Assembly: GCF_018350175.1 (NCBI RefSeq)
Contig: NC_058373.1
Coordinates: 102,116,001-102,180,000, forward strand
DNA from: Felis catus
Lineage: Eukaryota
DNA: 64,000 nt
Direction: 5' to 3'
The notes below the pieces were generated by a model, which had not been told where the DNA came from, searched no databases, and was given only the letters and a program-made list of their open reading frames with translations. The translations under genes were made by a program, and so were the position numbers. Shown in pieces: positions 24,601-40,100 of this stretch. Numbering within the stretch: position 1 is the first letter of the stretch; each line of letters opens with the position of its first letter.

Positions 24601-27600
24601 CGCTCACCCGACTGAGCCACCCAGGTGCCCCCCCCCAATATTTTGAACATACAATCCCATTTCTTCTTCTTCCTCCCCTTTTATGAGTTCATATAAATCA
24701 GTGGTTTTCACCACACAGTATGAGGTAGCAGTGTGAATACCTACAGTTTGAAAATCTCTTGTGGCAATTCTGTCATTCACAAAAGCCAGTGGTTTATTAG
24801 TCATGCAAGATGAAAAAGGGCATGTGCATTCAGAAAAGGACAAGTCCAATTACATACACATATACATATATTAACAAAACCAGAAAGAACATTGGGAGTA
24901 ATCTTAATGCCTTAACATTATTTTTTCTGTAAAAAGACATACTCCCTTGTGTAAAAACATTTTATAGCTCAAATACTTTACTGATTTAGTCATAGTAAGC
25001 AATTATCACTATAAAAACCTAGGATTTTATTAATAGTTTTTTAAAGCCACATTTGTATCAAAGCAGAGTACTAATTCACATTTCTTATCCTTTTAGACTT
25101 GAAGTAAAAAGACCTGTTATCCATTAAGTGTCCCTTTCATGGATGAAGAGGAAAAACAAACTCATTTGACTGCTAATTTGGTGGTTTTTGCCTACAATGA
25201 ATGAGCTTCCTGGAAACTATGTGGCTAAACCATCTGGAGAAGATGTGAAAAAATAAACTACAGTTTACTAAGACAAAATTACTTTAATTCTTTTTCAAAT
25301 AAACCATAAAACCTGTTCTCGTGTTAAAGAAAGAGTTGAAAACATATCAAATTGGAGACGCTTGGGCCAATATCCAGACTAAGCTTCCCCTCAGCAATGA
25401 GTTTTGCTTTGTGTTCTCGGTTGCATGGAGGAGACTTTGTTCACAACTTGTTTTGAGCGTTTACTCAGGAGTTGATAATGATTTTACTAGCCAACACTTC
25501 CTGGCTACTGACCTTATTTACCTTTGTGTAATATAGCACATATAGTCAATACTATAACAAATGCTTGTTAAATGAACAAAACAAAAAAAATTTTTGTCTT
25601 TAAGCATGCCAAATAACTCTTAAGAACTTTTAAAAAGAAAAAAAAAGATGTTTATAGAGAGCAAATTAGACAGTACCACACAAAATTAGTAACCTCTCAG
25701 TTATACGTTAACCAGTAGTGATCATGGAAAAAAAAATCTTCAGTGGAAACAATAAAGACAATTTTTGCTAAAAAATTTGCTAGAACAGAGGTAGGAGTGA
25801 TATTTCTACAGATTAGTAATTACTCATATTCATAATTAAAGGCAGGTGTTTTGTACTGATTGAAATGATATGTTTTTAATTCTTTTAATTATATCCCTAG
25901 GAGTTGAACAACTAGGTCATATGGTAACTCTGTATTTAACCGTTTGAGGAACTGCCAAACTGTACCAGTTTATATCCCACCTAGCAATGTTTAGGGTTCC
26001 AATTTCTCCACATGCTCAACAGAACTTTCCACCTTTTGGGTGATAATCATTCTAGTGGGTATAAAGTGGAGTCTTTGTGGGGGCACCTGGGTGGCTCAGT
26101 CGGTTAAGCGTCCGACTTCAGCCAGGTCACGATCTCGCGGTCCGTGAGTTCGAGCCCCGCGTCAGGCTCTGGGCTGATGGCTCAGAGCCTGGAGCCTGTT
26201 TCCGATTCTGTGTCTCCCTCTCTCTCTGCCCCTCCCCTGTTCATGCTCTGTCTCTCTCTGTCCCAAAAATAAATAAACGTTGGAAAAAAAAAAAAAAAGT
26301 GGAATCTTTGTGGTTTTGATTTGCATTTCCATAATAACTTATGATGCTAAATGTTTTTATATGCTTATTAGCCATGTGTATTTTCTTTTGAGAAGCGTCT
26401 ATTCAAACACTTTGCCTATTTTTTAATTGAGTTGTCTTTTGAGTTACAAGAGTTCTTTATGTACTCTGATACATAACTCTTATCACATAAATGATTTGCT
26501 TCACTGTTTAAAAAAATCTACATAGTATTTTTTAATTTTTTTAAATGTTTATTTATTTTTGAAAGAGAGAGAGCGAGCATGAGCAGGAGAGGGGCAGAAA
26601 AAAGAGGGCAACAGAATTTGAAGCAGGCTCCAGGCTCTGAGCTGTCAGCACAAAGTCCAATGCAGGGCTCAAACTCACGAAGCCTGAGATCATGACTTGA
26701 GCCACAGCTGGACACTTAACCAACTGAGCCACCCAGGCGCCCCTATATAGTATTCTAATGTATAGTTGTATATAATATTATTTCCCTATTCTTCTAGTAA
26801 TGGAAATTTAGGGTTCCAATCTTTTCTCAGTATCAACAATCTTACAATGTAGAAAATCTTTCACATGTATCATCATTCCCACATGTGCTAGCAGCAGTAC
26901 TTCCTAAACTTTAATGTACACACGAATCACCTGAAGATCTTGTTAAAATGCAGGTTCTGATTCAGTAGGTCTGAAAGTGATGCCTGAGATTCAGCATTTC
27001 TAATAACTAAGCTCTCAGGTGATGCTGATGCTGCTGGTCCATGGATCACACTTTAAATAACAAGTACCAGTATGTCTGTAGGACAAATCCTAAGGCAGAA
27101 TTATTGGATCAAAGAGCATATGCATTTCTAATTCTGGTAGTTCTTGACAAATTGCCTTCCATAGGGATTGTAACCAATTTATACTCCCATCAGCAATTAC
27201 AAACGTGATTATTCCCCCATAGCCTCACCAAGAGTGTTATCAAATTTTCAGATTTTCCTCATTTGATAAGAAGAGAATTTTAGTTTTGATTTGTATTTAT
27301 CTTATTTTGATATCATCTTTTTATATATTCAAGAGCCATTTTTATTTCCCTGATTACTTCCTTTCTTGGAAGTCTCCAATTACAGCTTCTGTGATATGAC
27401 CCTCAAGTGATTTTGCTCTTACTTGCTTAGCTAATAGTCCTCTTCCTCATTCAAAAGCTACGTGTTCCAATATCTGACCTCTAAATGTTGGAATTTTTTT
27501 TTTTAATGTTTATTTATTTTGATAGAACACTCGTGCAAAAGTGAGGGAGCAGTAGAGAGAGAGGGAGAGAGAGAATCCCAAGCAGGCTCCATGCTCAGGG

Positions 27601-28095
27601 GTGAGCTATGAAGCTCGATCTCCCAACCATGAGATCATGAACTGAGACGAAATCAAGAGTTGGATGCTTAACCAATTGAGCCACCCAGATGCCCCCCTAA
27701 ATGTTGAAATTTCTAAGTGTTGCATTCTGTGACCTTTTTTTGTTACTCTTTCTTCTATGTGATCTCACTTATTACTATGACTTTAAATACCTTCTATATT
27801 CTGGTGATTCCCAAATTTATATCTTAGAATCATGTATTCTAGTATCTTCTTGATATCTCCATTTGGACATTTTGCAGGCAATTCAAACTTAATACAGCCA
27901 AGAAAGAAATTGTTATCTCTCTTATTTCTATAAATGGTATGATTATCCGTCTAGTTGCTTTAATTGGAAACATGGGTGTCATTATTGAGTCTTTTCCATC
28001 ACTACCAACCCCCAACCTACCAGAAAATCCTGTTTCTTTTTCAAGTTTACTTACTTGTTTTGAGAGAGAGAGAGAGTGTGTGCAAGCAGGGAAGG

Positions 28096-28149
<54 letters not shown>

Positions 28150-31100
28150 CCCAAGCGGGTTCTGCACTGTCAGCATGGAGCCCTATGCGGGGCCTGAACC
28201 CGTAAGATCATCACCTGAGCCAAAATCAAGAGTCAGACACTTAACTGACTGAGCCATCCAGGCGCCCCAGTCCTACTGTTTCTATCTCAAATCTGGTTCG
28301 CATAATTTCTGCTGCCCCCCACACTAGTTCCAGCCGTACTTATAGCTCACTTAGATGACTGCAAAATCCTCCTTAGTGTTTCTCAATGAAGGCACTGATA
28401 GCATTTGGGAATGACAATCTGTAGTTGAGCAGGACCATTCTGCACACTGCAAGATGTTTGAGAGTGCTGGCCCCAGTTCTCTAAATGCCAGGGTAACCCC
28501 AAATCATTGTGACAGCTATAAATAATACCCCACATTTCTCACATCTCCAAACATCCCCACAGAAAGCAGGATAAATCCCCTGGGTGAAAACTTGTCTCCC
28601 TACTTTCAATCTTACCTCTGCCAATCCATTTGCCACATATAGTTTCTTTTTATAGTATAAATCAGATTACATCATTCCCCAGATAAAACCCTTGAATGGC
28701 TTCATGACACAACTTCAAATAAAATATTAACTTCTCTGTATGGTCTATAATGCAGCCTGGTTTAACTTTCTGAGATCATGCCTCTCACCAATCCTTGCTT
28801 CTTGTATGCTATTCACATTTACATCCTTTAATTCTTTAAACATACCTAGTTCTTTCCGATCTGTGGTCCTTTATACATGCTGTCTATTCTGCAATGATCA
28901 TTTGTTACTTCACTCTTTACAAACAGACTTCCTGGCCTCGAGTCTCATTTTAAATACTACCTCTATTAAGAGTCTTATGTGATGATGCTACCTAGAATGT
29001 GTCCTTCTGTTATTCTCCACCATGGGTCTGCTCAGATTAATTTATGGTATTTATCTCAAGGAGTAATTAACATTTACTTGTTTCTGTTATCTGTCTCCCC
29101 AATCAGTCTATAAGCTCCATGAAAGCAGAGATCTCTTTGTTCACCAAGTACCTACTCAATGTCCCTGCCAGTTGTTGAGACCAAAAAGACATCAGGTTTC
29201 AAAAGAGAGAAAAGTATCTAATACAATACTGAATAGGGACTACACGGATTGAGAGTTTTACACTACGAGTCAACTACTACATTTCTACTAGCCCTCTGCC
29301 TGGTGACAAAAATTGAGCCTTATAAAAAATCTCAAAAAGCCACTAAATTATTCATTTCTAAATCACAGTTTAAAGTTAAAGGCAGAGGGGCACCTGGGTG
29401 GCTCAGCTGGTTGAGCATCCAACTTCAGCTCAAGTTATGATGTCACAGTTTTTGTGAATTCCAGACCCATATCTGGCTTCGTGCTGGATAGTGCAAAGCC
29501 TGCTTCTGATTCTCTGTCACCCCTTTCTTCACCCCTCCCTCGCTGTGTGTGCTGTCTCAAATAAACATTAACAACAACAAATTAAATTAAAAAAACAAAA
29601 AAACAAAAAAAATTAAAAAATAAAATAAAATAAAAGGCTGCAGTAAAAGATGAAATGCCACATTTAACCAGAACTCTTCCCCATCTGGCTGAAATAATAC
29701 TACAGTCACACTAATATGCTTAATTTCTATTTAGTTTAAGTCCAGCAATCAGTTGCAAACTTCAAAATGAATATAAACCAATTTCTAATTTAGTGAATAT
29801 GGAAAGCAAATAAATGAACTAAGGTGAAAGAGCAAAAAAAAAAAAAAAATTAAATACCTTTAAAGAGTACAAAACAAAAAATTTCAAAGTACTTTTTAAA
29901 AAAGAATCAACTAAGCATTTTGTAATAGCCCACCTCAGTTGCTGGGGGTTTTCATGGATACCAACCACCCAGTAGTGATCAGATTTTCCTTTACAGTGTT
30001 CTCTTGTGTTACATACAGGAGTCCATGTATTACCAAGCCCTCTGTTAAGCATTCGAACAGTGCCTTCTGAATCCACATAACAGGGGGTACCTATACACCA
30101 AAAGAAAAAGAAATCACTTGGAGACACAGCTACATGTTTGTTAAATAAATCCTATTTCAAAAATACATACCAATGATTCAACTTTCAGTTCAAAAGCAAA
30201 AAACAAAACAAGGCGAATAATTCAAGATTATTTCCCACAAAACTTAATTAGCCGCACAGAATAAGCTCTAACTCAATAGAAGAAAAAAACCTGCCTGTGA
30301 TAGGACTAAAATTTACTCAAGAGAATAAGCTGATAGTTTCAGTGAGAATTATGCCACCTGCTGGAATATAGCAATATTTTTAAAAGCCAATTTCAATAAA
30401 AATGTTAAATTCTGAATCTGAAGTTTTGCTGGTTATGAAAGACTAGAAAAACAACCAGAACCTAATGTACCATGATGATGTAGAGAAATTTGCCTTTAGT
30501 ACTCTTCTTCCTCTTGCTCTTTCTTGGCCTTGTCGTTGTGTTCCCCAACTCCTAGGTAAGCTATTCTGTTTCCCACTTACTCTGCCCCCATCTCAGGAAG
30601 TGCATAGCATTATTCCCTAATTATCCCTTGTATCTGTGACTTCACACACCTCTCACTCTGCAAGTAGCAGTTATCCTTAAGTCTAGATCTGATTAGTAAT
30701 TGGCGGAAAAAAATAAAGACATATAAATGGAAGTTACAAATGGTCACATGATTAGAACATAAATGACCAATAATATCCCACTAGAAAACACATCCAGAAA
30801 TGGTTGATTTTTAATATAATTTACTGTCAAATTTGCTGGCATACAGTGTGTACAGTGTGCTCTTGGTTTTGGGAGTAGATTCCCATGATTCATCACTTAA
30901 CATACAACACCCAGTGCTCATCCCAACAACTGCCCTCCTCAATGTCCATCACCTATCTTCCCCTCTCCCCTACCCCTCCCTCAACCCTCAGTTTGTTCTC
31001 TGTGTCCAAGAGTCTCATGGTTTGCCTCCCTCCCTCTCTGTTCAGAAATGTAAAAGACAAACTGGAGTTTCCAATAATATAAGTGAAGGGCAAGAATCTC

Positions 31101-34100
31101 CAATAGAAATAATATTTTAGCTAGGAGACAGGGCTAAATAAGGTATTTCAAATCATCATCAGTTATAAGCCACTAATAAATGAATCTATAAATGTAATTT
31201 TTAATTTCTTAGTGCTACATGAGGAAATGGAAAAAGTGAATTTTAAGAACATATTTTATTAAACCCAATATATACAAAATATTATCATTTTAACATGTAA
31301 TCAATGTAAAAGAATTATTGAAATTTTTTACTTTCTTTTTTTAAACTAAGTCTTCAAAATTCTGAGAGTATTTTATACTTATAGCACATCTCAGTTTAGA
31401 TTAGCCACATGTGACTGGGTTACTGTAGTGGATAGTGCAGCTACAGAAATTTCCTATTTTCTGTGTAGAATCTTCAGGAAAAGCCACAACTTCACCACTG
31501 ATTTGTATCTCCTCCTTGGTACCCATAACAAACTTTTAGAGAAATATATTTCTCTCTTTGTAAGTTTTCTAACCAGAATTCACATGAAGAACAGATCTTA
31601 TACATAAAATAATGGCTACCTTGCCAAACAATTCGTTTCCCACTGCCAACATAATTAAGATATTTACACATATAATATAGACATTTATCTTTAAAAATTA
31701 ATTAGGAGTAAACCAATGGAACAATTTCTACTGTAAAAATGTTTTTAATATAAACAAATGGGTTTATCTTGCCTTCAGCTGAAAATCCAATCCACACTAT
31801 GTAGGATTTCCTCGTAAGAGGAAGAGGATCACCATGTAAAATTTGCTTTTTCTTTTTCCCCAGCTCTAGCAGTTGAACTCCAAGGCACTGATCACCATCA
31901 AATCCTGTACCTAGTGAGAAAATATAAATATAAATCAGGTATCAAAGGTTATTTAGCTATAATGCAGTCTAAAGTACTTTCTGTGACTTGAAATGATTTT
32001 GTGATAAATTCTTAGATTAACTAGCACTGCTTTTTATGGATAACCCACCTGACTGACATATCATTCAGGTATTAGAATACTATATTACATGGACTACTTA
32101 TATAAAGTGATATAAGAGGTTAATTCATTCACTCAAATATTTACAAGAGCTTATATATGCCGGGTATTGGGGCTACAATGGTAAAGAAAATGAAGTCACA
32201 CTGTTCTCATGAAATTCATATTCAGGTAAGAGAAGACTAATTTTTAAAAAGAAAAAAATGCTAAGTGTCTCCAAAGAGTTAAAATAATAATATGATACAG
32301 AGCGTTACACTGAATGGTTACCTTAGATTAGACAAAGGTGGCCTCTTTGAGAAAGTGAAATTTAGCTGAGACATAAATTGCAAGTTGGAGGGGTGCCTGG
32401 GTGGTTCAGTCAGTTAAGCGTCCAGCTCAAGTCATGTTCTCATGGTTTGAGTCTGAACCCTGCATTGGGTTCTGTGCTGACAGCTCAGAGCCTGCAGCCT
32501 GCTTCAGATTCGGTGTCTCTCTCTCTCTCTCTCTGGCCCTCCCCTGCTCGTGCTCTGTCTGTCTCTCTCTTAAGAATAAGCATTTTAAAAAATGCATGCT
32601 GAAGCCAGCCATCCAAAGGTCAGGGGGAGGAGCACTATAGTAAACAGAAGGAACAGCTAATGAAAAGGTCCTAAGATAGGGACAAGCTTGGTAAATTTGA
32701 AGAATACAAAGAAGCTAGTATTGCTAGAATGAGTAACAAGAAAAAGTGGCAACAGATGAGGTTCAAGAGGCAAGCAAAGGTCAGATCATGTAGGACCCTG
32801 CTGGCTGTGATGAAAAGCTTGATTTTTATTCTAAAGCAATGGAAAGTCACAAAAACTTGAGAAGGATGTGTTCTGACTTTATGTTTTTAAAAAATCACTT
32901 AGGTTGCCAGGTGGAGAATGGATTGTGGAAGGCAAGGATTGAACCTGACAAGCTAGTTACAGGACAACTACAATAGTCCAAGAGAAGACATCTGGGTTGA
33001 ACTGGGGTTTCAGTGGAGGAGATGAAAACAGAGGGTTTGGAATGTGCTATTTCATAGAACTGACATGATGGGGTTGACATGGGGAGTAAGGGAAAGAGAA
33101 AACTCCATGATAACTCTTACATTTCTGCCTTGAGTGGCTGGATTAATAGTATGGTATTTATTCAGATGGAGAAAACTAAGTGGAAGGCAAGGTGGAAGGG
33201 AAAAAAACACCCAAAGGTTTTATTGTGACCAAGTTTGAAATGCATATCAAAACTCTACCAAGAGATTTCAAGTAGCCACTGGATATGTAAGTCTGTAGAC
33301 ACAAGGAGAGGGCAGGGCTGGTGATATTAATTTATAAGTCATGGACATACAGATGTATTTAAAGACATAGGCCTTGAGGACATAACCCAGGGTAGTTTCT
33401 CAAACTGCATTTTTGAGCCACAAGTCATGAAATCAGTTTAAAGTTGCAAATAGCATTTAAAGAAAACTGAAATCAGAGAGTACATATTGTCCATGAGACT
33501 TCTGTAGTTACATTTACTAATATGTATAGATTAGCAAAATAGAGCATATTTCTTACTAGGGCTAAGCAGTCAAAAGACTGAAAGCTCCTCATCTAGAGAG
33601 GTACTAGAGAAGAGGGATTGTGACAGAGTCCTGGAGCACTCCAGCTAAGAGGATGGCATAGGAGGAGCAGCTAGTGGAAGAGCTGAAGGAGTTATCAGTA
33701 AGAAAAACATCAGGACTGATGTCACAGTATCCAAGAAAATAAAGTGTTGGGTGGGGAATGGGTAAAATAGGTGATGGGGATTAAGAAGTACATTTCTCAT
33801 GATGAGTACTGGGTGATGTATGGAATTACTGAATTACTATATTGTACATCTGAAACTAATAAAACACTATTTTAACTATACTGGAATTACAATTTTTTTT
33901 TTTTTTTTCAACGTTTATTTATTTTTGGGACAGAGAGGGACAGAGCATGAACGGGGGAGGGGCAGAGAGAGAGAGGGAGACACAGAATCGGAAACAGGCT
34001 CCAGGCTCCGAGCCATCAGCCCAGAGCCCGACGCGGGGCTCGAACCCACGGACCGCGAGATCGTGACCTGGCCGAAGTCGGACGCCCAACCGACTGCGCC

Positions 34101-37100
34101 ACCCAGGCGCCCCTGGAATTACAATTTTTAAGAAAAGAAAGCGTTTCTGATGGAATTACCAAAAAATAAGCATAAAAAGATTATTGGTAATCTTTTTTTT
34201 TTTTTTAAAGTAAACTCTGGACCCAACATGGGGCTTCAACTCATGGCCCTGAGACCAAGGTCCCATGCTCTACCTACTGAACCAACCAGCTGCCCCATAT
34301 CAATAATGTTGAAAAAAATCAGTCTTCAAACAGTGGTGGGGACTAAGGACACAGTATAAGGTGAGGAAAAGGAAGCAGCAACTTTTTAGTCATATTCAAA
34401 CTGTCTTGGTCTTGCACACTGGAAGTTACTTTATTTTTTTTTTGAGGTATTTAAATGCTGAAAATTCTTATGAGATACAGACATGGAAGTAACTAGCCAA
34501 GTTCTACCTTGGAATTCTTCCTAGAATATAGTTTTTCTATAAATAAAATATTTTCATTCCTACTAGTGAATACAAAATTCTGTACATTCATAGATTACAC
34601 AGATTCAAATGCTAAAATGAATGCAAAAGGATGTATATAATCCAAAACAAAGTATGAGAAAGACAAAGCTCAAGTAATTTTCATTTTACTTCAAGTCATG
34701 GCAAGATCATAAAAGACTAGAAAAAAAATCTACCTCTGTGATAAACAATGAAAAGCTGTTCTCCATGTCCTGCCATTGATACTACAGGCCCAGGAAGACT
34801 GAAGACCTCTTTTTGAACACCTCCAATAGTGAACAATCGAAGGAGCAAGGCACTAGTGGCAGCAGCTGCCCATCCCAGACCAAGACATATGGCTTCAATA
34901 TCTTCATTCTGAGGCATGTCTACTATCCACTCTTTGCTTGAGTCCCAAGAACTAAAGTGCAGGCAGTGAAGCTTGCTATAAATTAAAATAAGACAGAAAC
35001 AATCAAACATTCCTATTTGATGTGTTATATATATGAAGCTAATCATGATACCCAGTGACAAAAACCAAATAATTTTTCTTTTAAACATAAATGGTACAAA
35101 AAGAGCTTTGAAATATTTATGAAATATCCTTAAAATGGAATGTATTAAAACCATTAACAGTCATGTTACTGAAGAATACTTAAAAATACAGGAAAATGCT
35201 CACAACATAATGTTAAATGAAAACAGGAAGACTAAAATCTGCAGAGTATGATCGATCCTAGGTTGCAAATACACAGACAAATCACAACTAAATTTTTAAA
35301 AAGGGAAGAAACATCAAAATGTTAGTTCTTTCACTGTAAAAAAAATTTAATATAGGAAAACAAAGGAAGAAAGGAAATACAATCACATATAATCCCACCA
35401 GCTAGATCACCAACCACTGCTAACAATCTGATGTTTCCAGTCTTTCTTATTTACATTTATTTATATTTATACATACACACACACACACATATATACACAC
35501 ACACACATGAAAGTTACTAAGGTTAAACTTGGGAATGCAGATATTACAGTATTTAGAACCAGAGGCAGTACTGATTTACTGAAGAGTAATTTTAAATTCA
35601 ATTTTAAGGGGCGCCTGGGTGGCGCAGTCGGTTAAGCGTCCGACTTCAGCCAGGTCACAATCTCACAGTCTGTGGGTTCGAGCCCTGCATCAGGCTCTGG
35701 GCTGATGGCTCAGAGCCTGGAGCCTGTTTCCGATTCTGTGTCTCCCTCTCTCTCTGCCCCTCCCCCGTTCATGCTCTGTCTCTCTCTGTCCCAAAAATAA
35801 ATAAACGTTGAAAAAAAAAATTTTTTTTTAATGAAAAGTAACATTGTATTCAGCTGTGAAATAATATACCCAGGAAAACAAAGAAAAAGATATCTGGAAA
35901 AAAACTGTACATGGAAATAAATGTTCTATTTATGTAAGATTCTGAGTCAGAGACATGGAGTCAACAGTGGTTTCTATTAGTAAACTGATTTAATTCAATA
36001 ATGAAGTATAGAGTGGATTTTACAATGTATAAATTAGGAAACCAATTAAAATGTATTTGTTAGACTCTAATGCATACTCAATCACCCATGGATCTCATTA
36101 AAATGCAGATTCTGATTTAGAAAGTCTGGGGTGGGGTCTGAAATTCTGTTTTCAATAAGCTTCCAGGTGACCCATGCCCCTAATTTGTGAACTACACTTT
36201 GAGCAGCAAGAAGCTAATGTATCCAATCAGAAAGATTTTAATTTCAAATCACCTCAGAGTCGGTAAAAATCTACGATCAAGTGTATAAGCACTACAATCT
36301 GCTGAAGAAGAGAGATCAGGAGAGGGTAATCTGGCTGAAATAACAGAAAGTTAAGTAAAAATGTTTTTTCTTCTTTAAAAAAAAAAAAAGGATTCAGCCT
36401 CTACTGCTTCTCCACCATAATTTTTTTGTCTATTTTTCCAAATATCATTCTCCCCCCTTCTTTTTTTAAAGAAGTTTCAAGGGGTGCCTGGGTGGCTCAG
36501 TCCATTAGGCGTCTGACTTCGGGTCAGGTCATGATCTCACAGCTGGTGAGTTGGAGCCCCGCGTCGGGCTCTATGCTGACAGCTCAGAGCCTGGAGTCTG
36601 CTTTGGATTCTGTGTCTCCCTCTCTCTCTGCCCCTCCCCCGCTTGTGCTCTGTCTCTCTTTGTCTCTCAGAAATGAATAAATGTAAAAAAAAAAAAAAAC
36701 ATTAAAAAAAAAAAAACCAAAATAGTGAAGTTTCTAATCTAATTAGAGTGACAAAAAAACCCAAAACCAACAAACAAAAAACCCAGGTGACAAAAAACTT
36801 GTCCAAGGAAAGTACTGGATTAACTGTCTAGGGATACAAGAACATTTTGGGTGATAAAAAATAATTTTGAGGGACGCCTGGCTGTCTCAGTTGATATAGC
36901 GTATGACACTTGGTCTTGGGTTGTGGGTTCAAGCACTACACTGGGTATAGGGAATTCCTTAAAAATAAAATCTTAAAAGAAAAACTTTTTTGATTGGGAC
37001 AGTGGTTATCTGAATATATACACATTCGTTAAACTCATCAAATTGTACACCTAAAATGGGTGCATTATCGTACATAAATTATACTAATAAAGTAAATTTA

Positions 37101-40100
37101 AAAAGGACAGGGATTTATACAAAAAGAAATCTAGAAGGATACACATCAAACTCTTAACAGTGGTTATGTCTGACAGAATTCTGGGGGGACTTTTTCTTCC
37201 TAAAAATTCTGTACTGCTTAAGAATGTTTGTTTATAATTCATATGTATTATTCTTGTAATACTAATGAAACACAGTAACAATATAAAAAATAGCCCCATT
37301 TCTCTTGCAATTACAAACTGTCATATCTTCATTTGTAGTTAGAGAATGTAAGTGAGGGGACAATTAGGCAAAAACAGACATGTTCTGAAGTCTTATGTAT
37401 GAAATACTTCTATATCTAACAACTCAGCAATGACGAATTCTTCCTAATAATCTTGAATTTACCTTGCTAGTTCATCCGAGCTTTCACATGCCAACAAAAT
37501 AGCTTCATGAGAAAGATCTGCTATTGTGTAATTCAAAGTGTTTGATAAATGTGTTGCATGGTGTATGGAGGTATCATGGAACTCCACATCTATGGCATTG
37601 TCTTGTTCATCATTATAGCAGCGAATAATTCCAATAGAGTTCCACACCTACAAGCATTAAGGTTAAATACAAGCTTGAGAAAAATTAAAAGGTCCTAGGA
37701 TCAGCAGACTAAACTACAAATTAACAAATACTATAATTCAGTCTGTATCGAAATTTAAGTTATGGGAACAACCACAGCTTATCTACCTTTAAATAGTTTC
37801 AAGTAAGAGTAGTGACATCAGGACTACAATTATTATCTACTCTTTTCATGAGAAGAAGGCACATACTTATTTATTAGCAAATGGAGTATTCCATTTAATA
37901 TTTTAAAAATTATACTACTGCCATAAAAAAATACAATTTTGTACAACCAAACCATTAAATTCCCCAAAAGAAATATTTCAAAACTGTATTTACTTATAAA
38001 TACAGACATAAATGACAGCATATTTTCCTGTTCCAACTAACTGGTTTAAATTATAAGAATAAATATATACATTTTAAAGCAACATAAATTGATACCATTT
38101 AGAAAACTTATCTTCCATCTATGTACACTACAGGTTCACACTAGGCCCTAGTGTTTCCTTTCCTCTACCACAAATAACTACACATAAAACAACTGACAAT
38201 AAAAAATTAAGACCTATTACTTGATGATGATTACTGACAGCAACAAAAAGTCTTATTAAAATAAAACATTAACTTTAATATTTACCTACAAATTTATGCC
38301 AGGTGGATACCAGGCAAAGTCCTCATGAGGTGGAAAACCTCAAATGACCAACAAATAAAAATATTAAACTTTTTAACTCTCAAGCTTAAAATAAAAAGCT
38401 AATATATTCACTTATCCATTTTAGAAATATATATTTTTTTAATTTATTTATTTGTTTTAATTTTTGAGACAGAGAGAGACAGAGCATGAGCAGGGGAGGG
38501 GCAGAGAGAGAGGGAGACACAGAATCTGAAGCAGGCTCCAGGCTCTGACCTGTCAGCACAGAGCCCAACAAAGGGCTCAAACTCACAGACTGTGAGATCA
38601 TGACCTGAGCTGAAGGCGGACGCTTAACCAACTGAGCCACCCAGGCACCCCTAGAAATATATTCTTAATGCCTACTGTGCCATACCTTGCTCTTTTTTTA
38701 GTTTATTTATTTTTGAGAGAGAGAGAAAGTGCGAGTTGGAGAGGGGCAGAGAGAGAGAGAGGAAAAGAGAGAGAATCCCAAGCAGGCTTCCACATTGTCA
38801 GCATAGAGCCCAACATGGGGCTCGAACCCACAAATAGAACCGTGAGATGTGACCTGAGCCAAAGTTGGATGCTTAACCGACTGACCCACCCAGGCGCCCC
38901 ATACCTTGTTCTAAGTGCTATCAATAAACAAAACAGAAACATCTCTTATCCTTCGGAGTTTACATTCCAGTAGGGTGGATGGGGAAAAGAGGCAGAGAGT
39001 TTTTTTTTCCATAGCACTTATCACTTTCTAATATATCATACTAAGAGTTGTCTTCTAAAAAACATCTTCTCACTAGTGTTTTGGAATCAGTATAAACTAT
39101 TATATAAAAATATGAGAAATAAAGTTTGGAAGTATAACCAAGAGGTACTGCAAGATATACAGTCATATTAACTTTATGTTCATTTTGTCACTCTGCAAAG
39201 CAGAATTTTATTTAACATAATAAGGTTGAAATAAGATTAAAACTGAATTAACCATAAAAAAATAAACCACAAAATTCTGTACCAAAGTGCTCTAGGCCAG
39301 TTAATCAAGGTTTTTAAAAATATTTTTTACCAAACAGAACTATATTGAGAAAAAATTCTTAAAGGTAAAAGAATATATAATATAATATAATATAATATAA
39401 TATAATATAATATAATATAATATATAACATAAAACTATTTTCAAGTTAAGTGTAGATCCAAAGCTTACCATGAATCTATGAGTGAGATGCACGGGTGTAG
39501 AACCTGATTGGAATGGCTTTTGACGGGGAGTTGGCATCGGCCCATCATAAAATGGCCTTTGGGATGTTACAAGTGGTAGATTATGAATGCTGTCTGCCTG
39601 ATCATCTTCCTCCTCCTCCTTGAGAAGATTAGAACCAGTTTTTAACATTGTAACATCTAGAAAACAAAGAATTATACTTAGAGAATCATAAATACCAATG
39701 ACCTAAAAAAAAAAGCATTATAAAATCCAAATAACATTTTCCATTCATACTTAATAATACTAACATGCTATCTGCCTCCTCCACTGTGTTAATGTTAACA
39801 GCGATGGTGCAAAAACAGTAGAGGGTAAAACTGTTGGTGCTGTGACATAAATCCAGGCAGCGGCACCCATCTGTATTAGCAGTCGACTCACTGTTAACCA
39901 CAACTCAATTGCAGTAAAAATATCAATTCTGTTAAACCCTAATCTTTGCACAGATTTTTAAAAAATGTTCTCTGTGCTAAAATGAGAAGTGTGCATGAAG
40001 ACGTGTGATGTCTGCCTCAGAAAAAAGGAAACCATTCGTACAAATGAGTTGTAAGCTGAACTGTTGATTTTCTCATGAAACACCATTTTTACTTGAAAGA

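Noticed and set aside
24660..25530. Complex non-SINE intronic stretches, possible snoRNA or hidden exon
   Set aside because: I found no convincing C/D or H/ACA architecture, and the WDHD1 frame is complete without it. An Rfam and conservation scan would be needed to revisit this.
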